In this document: positions 23,497 to 30,049 of the stretch, piece after piece
Numbering within the stretch: position 1 is the first letter of the stretch
Layout of the letters: each line of letters begins with the position of its first letter
Origin: an uncultured Anaerolineaceae bacterium
GTDB taxonomy: Bacteria > Chloroflexota > Dehalococcoidia > Tepidiformales > Tepidiformaceae
Length of the DNA: 30,049 bases
Direction: 5' to 3'
Assembly (NCBI GenBank): GCA_964408835.1
Contig: CAYPAZ010000001.1
Span: 1 to 30,049, forward strand
The notes under the pieces: generated by a model
What the model saw: only the letters and a program-made list of their open reading frames with translations
Told to the model about the DNA's origin: nothing
The model's database searches: none
Made by a program: the position numbers and the translations under genes

Positions 23497-25455
23497 ATGC
23501 CTCTCTTCCTCGCCGAGAACGTCCGCGAAGTGCCATCGACCGACGAGTGGCTGATCTGGGCGATCATCGTTGCGCCGCTCGCGGCCTGGGGGGTGATCGC
23601 GGCCTCTGGGCGCAAGTTCCCGGTGGTTGCCGGTTGGCTGGCCATCCTCGGAGTTGGCGCCTCCCTGGCGCTGAGCACGATCGTCCTGTTCGATGTCCTC
23701 GACGCGGATGGCGGGGTGGCCCAGTACACCCATGAGTGGTTCACGGCCGGGTCGCTGACCGTGAATCTCGGCGTGCGCATCGACGGCCTCACGGCCGCGA
23801 TGTTGATGGTGGTCACGAGTGTCTCGTTCCTGGTGCAGGTCTACTCCACGGGTTACATGAAGGGCGACCCGGGGTACGGGCGCTACTTCGCCCACATGTG
23901 CCTGTTCACCGCGTCGATGCTCGGCCTGGTCCTCGCGGACAACCTCTTCATGATGTTCATCTTCTGGGAGCTAGTGGGCCTCTGCAGCTATCTGCTCATC
24001 GGCTTCTGGTTCCACAAGCCCAGCGCGGCCGCCGCGGCGAAGAAGGCCTTCATCATCACCCGCATCGGCGACCTCGGGTTCCTGGCCGCTGTGCTCCTGA
24101 TCTGGACCCGGACCGGCACCTTCGACATCGCAGAGATCCACGAAATCGCGATCGCGGGAGCGGTCTCCGGCTGGGTCATCACATGGTTCGCGCTCGGGGT
24201 GTTCGCGGGGGCTGCGGGCAAGAGCGCTCAGTTCCCACTCCATGTCTGGCTCCCGGACGCCATGGAGGGCCCAACGCCCGTTTCGGCGCTCATCCACGCG
24301 GCGACCATGGTGGCGGCCGGGGTGTACCTGGTGGCGCGGTTCTTCCCCGTGTTCGAAGCGTCCAGCGAGGCGGCCACAACCGTAGCGTGGATAGGTGCGG
24401 GTACGGCACTTATCGCCGCGACCATCGCCCTCGTGCAGACCGACTTCAAACGCGTCCTGGCCTACTCAACGGTGAGCCAGCTGGGCTACATGATGCTCGC
24501 ACTTGGTGTGTTCGGGTATGTGGCGGCGATCTTCCACCTCTTCACGCACGCGTTCTTCAAGGCCCTGCTTTTCCTCGGCAGCGGCTCCGTGAACCACGCC
24601 ACGAACACCTTCGACATGCGCCAGATGGGCGGGCTCCGGAAGTACATGCCGATTACGTTCTGGACGTTCGTGATCGGGTCGCTGAGTCTCTCGGGCATCT
24701 TCCCGCTCGCCGGCTTCTGGTCCAAGGACGAGATCCTGCTCGATGCCTGGCGCGACAACCGCGTGCTCTGGGGGGTGGCGGCATTTGTGGCGTTCCTGAC
24801 ACCGTTCTACATGTTCCGCGCGATATTCCTGACCTTCTTTGGCGAGTACAAGGGCGGGCAGCCGGTAGACCACCACGACGAGGACTCGCACTTCCACGGC
24901 GACCCTGCCCACCCACACGAGTCGCCGTGGACCATGGCCGGGCCGCTGGTGGTGCTCGCCGTCGCGGCGGTGGTGGCTGGTCTGTTCAACGCGCCAAACA
25001 TCGGCGACTTCGGGCACTTCATCGAGGGCGCGCTGCCGGAGGTGCACGAGCACGCCAGCACCTTCGAGTGGGAAATCGCGCTCAGTTCGACCGCGCTGGC
25101 CCTGACCGGGATTGGGCTGGCCTACGTTGTCTACATAAAGGAGTGGGTGACGGCGCGGTCCATCCGGCTGACGTTCGCGCCATTCGCCACGGTCTTCGAG
25201 AAGAAATACTACCTCGACGCGCTCTACGAAGACCTCTTCGCGAGGCGCATCTTCCAGCGTGGCTGGAACCGCCTGTTCGAACTGGTGGACACGCACGTGG
25301 TGGATGGCGCCGTCAACGGCTCGGCAAGGCTGACGGGGTGGAGCAGCAGCCAGCTCAGGGCCGTCCAGAACGGCCAGGCACAGGCGTACGGGTTCGGGCT
25401 TGTGGCGGGCGCAATCATCGTGGTCGCGGCGATCGTCGTCGCGAACCCGTTATAG
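23497..25455 (+). CDS. nuoL: NADH-quinone oxidoreductase subunit L, 652 aa
   Basis: YSTGYM, FWELVGLCSYLLIGFW, RIGD, GKSAQFPLHVWLPDAMEGPTPVSALIHAATMV, HAFFKALLF, FWSKD and PHESP, plus a C-terminal transverse-helix region. Confidence 0.97.
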   Translation: MPLFLAENVREVPSTDEWLIWAIIVAPLAAWGVIAASGRKFPVVAGWLAILGVGASLALSTIVLFDVLDADGGVAQYTHEWFTAGSLTVNLGVRIDGLTAAMLMVVTSVSFLVQVYSTGYMKGDPGYGRYFAHMCLFTASMLGLVLADNLFMMFIFWELVGLCSYLLIGFWFHKPSAAAAAKKAFIITRIGDLGFLAAVLLIWTRTGTFDIAEIHEIAIAGAVSGWVITWFALGVFAGAAGKSAQFPLHVWLPDAMEGPTPVSALIHAATMVAAGVYLVARFFPVFEASSEAATTVAWIGAGTALIAATIALVQTDFKRVLAYSTVSQLGYMMLALGVFGYVAAIFHLFTHAFFKALLFLGSGSVNHATNTFDMRQMGGLRKYMPITFWTFVIGSLSLSGIFPLAGFWSKDEILLDAWRDNRVLWGVAAFVAFLTPFYMFRAIFLTFFGEYKGGQPVDHHDEDSHFHGDPAHPHESPWTMAGPLVVLAVAAVVAGLFNAPNIGDFGHFIEGALPEVHEHASTFEWEIALSSTALALTGIGLAYVVYIKEWVTARSIRLTFAPFATVFEKKYYLDALYEDLFARRIFQRGWNRLFELVDTHVVDGAVNGSARLTGWSSSQLRAVQNGQAQAYGFGLVAGAIIVVAAIVVANPL

Positions 25456-25464
25456 GGGGCCGCG

Positions 25465-26925
25465 GTGGAACTGACATTCCTCGTGTTCTTACCCCTTGCC
25501 ACGGCGGTGGTTGTGCTGCTCGTGCCACGACGGCACGAGCAGAACGCGAAGTGGGTCGCGTTGGCGGGCGCCCTCGCCACTCTTGGTCTATCGCTGGTGC
25601 TGTGGGCCCGGTTCGACAACGACGCTAGCGGCTTCCAGTTCGTCGAACGCCACGAGTGGGTCGATGCCGGTTCGTTCAACCTCCAGTACTTCCTCGGGGT
25701 CGATGGGCTGAGTCTTCCGCTGGTGGTCCTCACCACGGTCCTGACAGTGGCCTCCGTCCTCGTGTCGTTCTCGATTACCAGGCGCCCCCGGCTCTACTAC
25801 GCCAACCTCCTCGTGCTCTCGACCTCGGTGCTGGGTGTTTTCATATCGCTCGACTTCCTGCTCTTCTTCCTGTTCTGGGAGCTGGAACTCATCCCGATGT
25901 TCCTCCTCATCAGCATCTGGGGCTCCGGGCGGAACGTGTATTCAGCGACCAAGTTCGTGCTGTACACCATCGCCGGCTCGGCGTTCATGCTCGTCGCCAT
26001 CCTCGTCCTGGCGTTCGAAGCGGGCACGTTCGACCTGGAGGTCCTGGGCCAGAGCGACCTGACGACGGCCATCATCCCGCTCGGCTGGGTGTTCTTCCTC
26101 CTGCTCATCGGGTTCCTCGTGAAGCTCCCCGCTGTGCCCGTGCACACCTGGCTCCCCGATGCGCACACTGACGCACCGACGGCCGTTTCGGTGATGCTGG
26201 CGGGCGTCCTTCTGAAGATGGGCGGGTACGGGATCATCCGCATGTGCGTGACGATCCTCCCGGACCAGGCCGATGACTACTCGACCTGGTTGGCCGGGCT
26301 TGCGGCGGTGAGCGTGCTTTACGGCGCGTTCGTCACGTTCCGCCAGACCGATGTGAAACGGCTGATTGCGTACTCGTCGGTTTCGCACATGGGCATCGTG
26401 CTGCTTGGTATCGCGGCCCTTGGCGAAACCGGGCTCGCGGGTGCGAGCTACCAGATGCTGGCCCACGGGCTCATCACCGGCTTGATGTTCGTGATGATCG
26501 GCTTGATGTACGAGCGGACGCATACCCGGGAGATCGCAAAACTCGGCGGGCTCGCCCGGCAGATGCCGATCATCGCGACGGGGATGGTGTTCGCCGGCTT
26601 TGCGAGCCTTGGGCTGCCTGCCCTTGCCGGGTTCATCGCCGAGATAACCGTCTTCCTTGGGGCCTTCCAGAAGTACGAGTGGGCCACGCTGATGGCGATT
26701 TTCGGCGTTGTGCTTTCGGCCGGATACATCCTCTGGCTGCTGGAGCGGACCATGTTCGGTCCGGTGAAGCACGAGTGGGATGGCCTCGAAGACCAGAGGC
26801 ACTGGTGGGAGCATTCGGCGGTACTCGGCCTGGTTGGTCTGATCGTACTCCTCGGCGTCTACCCCGCCCTGATCATGGACAAGCTGGGGCCGGCAATTGA
26901 GCCGATCATCGCGAGGGTTGGGTGA
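25465..26925 (+). CDS. nuoM: NADH-quinone oxidoreductase subunit M, 486 aa
   Basis: GVDGLS, FFLFWELELIPM, KLPAVPVHTWLPDAH, LLKMGGYG, AYSSVSHMG, HGL and GFIAE. Confidence 0.96.
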   Translation: MELTFLVFLPLATAVVVLLVPRRHEQNAKWVALAGALATLGLSLVLWARFDNDASGFQFVERHEWVDAGSFNLQYFLGVDGLSLPLVVLTTVLTVASVLVSFSITRRPRLYYANLLVLSTSVLGVFISLDFLLFFLFWELELIPMFLLISIWGSGRNVYSATKFVLYTIAGSAFMLVAILVLAFEAGTFDLEVLGQSDLTTAIIPLGWVFFLLLIGFLVKLPAVPVHTWLPDAHTDAPTAVSVMLAGVLLKMGGYGIIRMCVTILPDQADDYSTWLAGLAAVSVLYGAFVTFRQTDVKRLIAYSSVSHMGIVLLGIAALGETGLAGASYQMLAHGLITGLMFVMIGLMYERTHTREIAKLGGLARQMPIIATGMVFAGFASLGLPALAGFIAEITVFLGAFQKYEWATLMAIFGVVLSAGYILWLLERTMFGPVKHEWDGLEDQRHWWEHSAVLGLVGLIVLLGVYPALIMDKLGPAIEPIIARVG

Positions 26926-28385
26926 TGCTCGACAACCTCGATTTCATTGGCCCCCAGCTTTCGGTCCTGGTTGGCGCCGGCCTGATCATCGGGTTCGATT
27001 CCGTGTTTCCGCGCCAGAGGCGGGTGATCCCGTTCCTGGCATTGCTCGCGCTCGCGTTCTCGATCGCCTACACGACCTCCTGGGTCTCCCGCGACGACTA
27101 CCAGGCCGGCTTCCACGACACTCTCGTGCTGGACCAGTACGCGGTGTTCTTCTTCTATCTCTTCGCCGGGATAACGGCGACGGTTGTGCTCGCGTCCATC
27201 GACTGGGTCCGACGCGATGGGCGCAGTGAGTCGGAGTACTACGCGCTTGTCCTGGTGACCTGCGCGGGCCTCATGTTCCTGGCGAGCTCCCGCGACCTCA
27301 TCACCATCTTCATCGCGCTTGAGATGTCGTCGATCCCGCAGTACGTCCTCGCAGGGTGGGGGAAGGATTCGAAATCAAGCGAGGCGGGGGTGAAGTACCT
27401 CCTGCTGGGAGCGATAGCGTCGTCGCTGCTCCTTTACGGCATGGCGCTGCTCTACGGCGCCACGGGCACCACCCTGCTCAGCGGAATCTCAGAGTACGTG
27501 TCCACCGAGGGCGAAGAGAACCGGGCGCTCCTCCTGCTGGCGACCACGCTCATCATCGCGGGATTCGGGTTCAAGATGGCTGTCGTCCCGTTCCAGATGT
27601 GGGTGCCGGACGTGTACCAGGGGGCGCCGACACCAGTGGCGGCGTTCCTTTCGGTCGGTTCGAAGGCGGCTGCTTTCGCGGTCGTGATCCGCATCTTCTT
27701 CGAGGCACTTGACGCCGAGTTCCTGAGCGACGACTGGTCGATGGTCTTCGCCATCCTGGCGGCCGTGAGCATGACCCTCGGAAACGTCATGGCCGTCGTA
27801 CAGACCGACATCAAACGGATGCTGGGGTACTCTTCGGTCGCCCAGGCAGGGACCATCCTTATCGGTGTTGCGGCGATTTCCGCCTCGGGCGAGGAATTCA
27901 CGCTCGGCGCTGGTGCTGTGCTGTTCTTCGCCGGAACATACGCGTTCACGAACCTCGGGGCGTTCATCGCCGTGATCGCCATCTCGCAGAAGATCGGCAG
28001 CGACCGGATCGCTGACTACGCGGGCATGTGGAAGCGGGCGCCGGTGCTCACGGTTGTGCTCACGCTGTGCCTCGTCTCGCTCACAGGCATTCCGCCCACC
28101 GCGGGGTTCTTCGCGAAGCTGTACATCTTCCACGCGGGTATTCGCGCCGACCTCTGGTGGCTGGTCATCATCGGTGTGGTGAACACCATCGTGTCCGGCT
28201 TCTACTATCTCGGGGTCGTCCGGCAGATGTTCGCCAGCCCGGCCCAAAGCGATGAGCCCGTCCCGGCCACAGTGCCGATCATGATCGCGCTCGGTGTGGC
28301 GACGGCCGGCGTCATCGCGTTTGGGATCTTCCCTTCGCCGTTGATGGAAGCCGCTCGCGAAGCCGCGTCCGTCTTCGCCCGGTAG
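26925..28385 (+). CDS. nuoN: NADH-quinone oxidoreductase subunit N, ~486 aa
   Basis: ATG 26925 (or GTG 26922) overlaps the nuoM stop. FIALEMSS, EAGVKY, GFKMAVVPFQMWVPDVYQGAP, SKAAAF, KRMLGYSS and GIPPTAGFFAK. Confidence 0.96.
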   Translation: MLDNLDFIGPQLSVLVGAGLIIGFDSVFPRQRRVIPFLALLALAFSIAYTTSWVSRDDYQAGFHDTLVLDQYAVFFFYLFAGITATVVLASIDWVRRDGRSESEYYALVLVTCAGLMFLASSRDLITIFIALEMSSIPQYVLAGWGKDSKSSEAGVKYLLLGAIASSLLLYGMALLYGATGTTLLSGISEYVSTEGEENRALLLLATTLIIAGFGFKMAVVPFQMWVPDVYQGAPTPVAAFLSVGSKAAAFAVVIRIFFEALDAEFLSDDWSMVFAILAAVSMTLGNVMAVVQTDIKRMLGYSSVAQAGTILIGVAAISASGEEFTLGAGAVLFFAGTYAFTNLGAFIAVIAISQKIGSDRIADYAGMWKRAPVLTVVLTLCLVSLTGIPPTAGFFAKLYIFHAGIRADLWWLVIIGVVNTIVSGFYYLGVVRQMFASPAQSDEPVPATVPIMIALGVATAGVIAFGIFPSPLMEAAREAASVFAR

Positions 28386-28391
28386 CGCACC

Positions 28392-28859
28392 GTGAGTTCC
28401 CCTTTCGATATCTCAGTGGAAGTGGCCACGACGGAAGGCGCGGTCGATACCGGTGCGCTGGTGGACCTGGCGGAACGGGTGATGTCCGGCGAAGAGCTTG
28501 CGGAAGGCACGGGGCTCGCGGTTGTGTTCGTCGACGACCCCGAGATCCAGCGCCTGAACCGGGTCTTCCTGGGCTTCGACGAACCGACAGACGTGCTGTC
28601 GTTCCCCGACTCCGAGGAGTTCGTGCAGGCCAGGGAGGCCCCGCCGTACCTTGGTGATGTCGCGATCTCGCTCCCGACGGCCATCCGCCAGGCCCGGGCG
28701 GCAACCCACGGGCTCGACCGCGAGGTGGCTCACCTGCTGGTGCACGGCATCCTGCACCTCTGCGGCTACGACCATGTCGCCGGGGGTGAAGAGGAGCGCC
28801 GGATGAGGGAGCGCGAGGAGCACTACCTGGGCGACCTGGGGGCGGCCCACACCCACTAA
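28392..28859 (+). CDS. ybeY: rRNA maturation endoribonuclease YbeY, 155 aa
   Basis: LNRVF...PTDVLSF, YLGDVAIS and the Zn motif HGILHLCGYDH (H3xH5xH). Confidence 0.93.
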   Translation: MSSPFDISVEVATTEGAVDTGALVDLAERVMSGEELAEGTGLAVVFVDDPEIQRLNRVFLGFDEPTDVLSFPDSEEFVQAREAPPYLGDVAISLPTAIRQARAATHGLDREVAHLLVHGILHLCGYDHVAGGEEERRMREREEHYLGDLGAAHTH

Positions 28860-28888
28860 CCCCGGTCGTATCACCGGTACATCTGTTC

Positions 28889-28894
28889 TATACT
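28889..28894 (+). promoter_or_regulatory. Putative -10 hexamer (TATACT) of dnaX
   Basis: TATACT lies 26 nt upstream of GTG 28921, with an AGGGG SD-like sequence at 28911-28915. Confidence 0.45.
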
Positions 28895-28920
28895 CGGGTC
28901 ACCAGTCCTCAGGGGTAGCC

Positions 28921-30049
28921 GTGCTTTACGGGAAATGGCGGCCTCGCAGTTTTGCCGAGGTCGCGGGCCAGGATCACATCGTCACCACGCTGAAGAACGC
29001 GGTGGCCACGGGGCAGGTGGCGCACGCCTATCTGTTCACCGGCCCGCGCGGGACGGGGAAGACGACATCGGCCCGCATCCTCGCGAAGGCAGTCAACTGC
29101 GATAAGCCCGTCCAGGGCGACCCCTGCAACGAGTGCCCTTCGTGCGAGGCCATCAACCGGGGCGCTGCGCTCGACCTCGTGGAGATGGATGCAGCGAGCA
29201 ATCGCGGGATCGACGATGTGCGGGAGCTGCGAGAGCGCATCGCGTATGCACCGAGTGACCTGAAGAAGAAGGTCTACCTCCTCGACGAAGCCCACCAGCT
29301 CACCCAGCAGGCGTTCAACGCGCTCCTCAAGACACTGGAGGAGCCCCCTCCGCATGCGATCCTGATCCTGGCCACCACCGAAGCTCACGAAATGCCGAAG
29401 ACCATCGTCTCGCGGTGCCAACGGTTCGATTTCCGGCGGGGCGACGACCGCGATGTTGTCGGGCGCCTCTCGTACATCGCTGGGCAGGAGGGCTTCTCCA
29501 TCCCCGAAGAGGGGTTGCGACAGATCGCCCGGGTCGCCCACGGGGGTTTCCGCGATGCAATCACGCTCATGGAGCAGGTCGTCGCTCAGCATGGGCCTGC
29601 ACCATCCACCGAGGACGTCGAGGAATCGCTCGGTGTGACGCGCGACGAGCGCACCGAGCTCCTTGCCGACGCCATTCTCGAAGCGGACCTACAGCGGGCG
29701 CTCGCGTTAGCACGGGAGGTTGCGGACGGTGGCGTGGAGTTCCAGCGCTTCACGCGCAACACTATCGACGTTTTCCGCGACCGCCTGGCTGCGCTTCTTT
29801 CGGGGCCAGACAAGCCATCGAACACCGACGTCATGGGACTCCTGCGGGCCATAGACGCCCTGGCCTCAGCAGACTTCAAGCGTGACCCCGCAAGCCCAGT
29901 GCCGCTTGAAGTTGCTGTCGCGACGGCGGTGCTGGGGCCGCTGGGTGCAGCACCGGTCGAGGCGGCATTGGCCGGCGCGACCGGCCAATCGCCGGCGACT
30001 GCCCAGCGCGCGTCAGCGCGGCCCCGGCCGGCAACTAGCGGCAGTGCCA
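28921..30049 (+). CDS. dnaX: DNA polymerase III subunit gamma/tau, 5' part (runs off the right edge; absent from the ORF track)
   Basis: Manual translation: VLYGKWRPRSFAEVAGQDH...AHAYLFTGPRGTGKT...NC...PCNEC.SC...DAASNRGIDDVR...DEAH...AFNALLKTLEEPP...SRCQRF. Open to the window end (376 codons). Confidence 0.96.
   Translation, partial: MLYGKWRPRSFAEVAGQDHIVTTLKNAVATGQVAHAYLFTGPRGTGKTTSARILAKAVNCDKPVQGDPCNECPSCEAINRGAALDLVEMDAASNRGIDDVRELRERIAYAPSDLKKKVYLLDEAHQLTQQAFNALLKTLEEPPPHAILILATTEAHEMPKTIVSRCQRFDFRRGDDRDVVGRLSYIAGQEGFSIPEEGLRQIARVAHGGFRDAITLMEQVVAQHGPAPSTEDVEESLGVTRDERTELLADAILEADLQRALALAREVADGGVEFQRFTRNTIDVFRDRLAALLSGPDKPSNTDVMGLLRAIDALASADFKRDPASPVPLEVAVATAVLGPLGAAPVEAALAGATGQSPATAQRASARPRPATSGSA

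Noticed and set aside
24841-24930. His/Asp-rich loop in NuoL (VDHHDEDSHFHGDPAHPHESP)
   Set aside because: His-rich insertions just before PHESP are common in NuoL/ND5 homologues, so this is not distinctive.
23736-25628. Long alternative-frame and antisense ORFs (also 10085..11722, 15308..16888, 768..1778, 21060..22508, 28909..29592)
   Set aside because: They are shadows of real genes, expected from high GC and codon bias. They are Arg/Gly/Pro-rich, have no family motifs and fully overlap well-supported CDSs.
22978-28385. Mrp Na+/H+ antiporter reading of K/L/M/N
   Set aside because: The three separate antiporter-like subunits have NuoL/M/N signatures and are coupled to NuoA, C, D, H and J. 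No MrpE/F/G is present.
28860-28920. SRP RNA (ffs/scr) upstream of dnaX, as in Bacillota
   Set aside because: The gap is only about 60 nt, with no CAGG...GGAA...AGCA helix-8 motif.
28921-30049. dnaX programmed frameshift/slippage site, and the LYGKW (usually LYRKW) variant
   Set aside because: No slippery A-run occurs in the visible part, and the usual site would lie beyond the window. The single R-to-G change could be drift or a base error.
1-30049. CRISPR arrays, tRNA/rRNA, IS or prophage genes, defence systems
   Set aside because: No regularly spaced repeats, tRNA cloverleaf/TTCGA-CCA pattern, or transposase, integrase, RT or nuclease-effector motifs were seen. mazG here is the housekeeping two-domain YabN type.

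Overview
High-GC (roughly two-thirds by eye), densely coding chromosomal window with no recognisable mobile element, CRISPR array, rRNA or tRNA. The gene repertoire and style (F420-type PPOX enzyme, EFG-less complex I, membrane double-zinc-ribbon protein, several apparently leaderless genes) suggest Chloroflexota, probably Dehalococcoidia/Tepidiformales-like. This is inference only. Left to right: a truncated lipoprotein and a small membrane protein (-); a coupled cyclase / F420-PPOX / HAD operon (+); a monothiol thioredoxin-like protein, mazG, a Gfo/Idh/MocA oxidoreductase and glgP (-); a stand-alone BioD/DRTGG protein (+); a membrane double-zinc-ribbon protein (-); pcrA plus an MscS-family channel (+); an actinobacterial-style ethylmalonyl-CoA-pathway cluster (ccr, CitE/Mcl-like lyase, acyl-CoA dehydrogenase, MaoC hydratase; -) with no ecm in it; a second Gfo oxidoreductase (-); a divergent intergenic region holding an unexplained multi-hairpin element that ends in a U-tract; a complex I-like operon nuoA-C-D-H-J-K-[65 aa ORF]-L-M-N followed by ybeY (+); and the 5' part of dnaX. 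Highlights: (1) the nuo operon encodes none of the Fe-S subunits (no B, I, E, F or G), and the overlapping gene junctions leave no room for B or I; (2) a small DUF2007/PII-like ORF sits between nuoK and nuoL; (3) an orphan structured RNA candidate lies upstream of the nuoA promoter; (4) a CO2-fixing Ccr cluster is present. All family assignments come from motifs read by eye, not from database searches.
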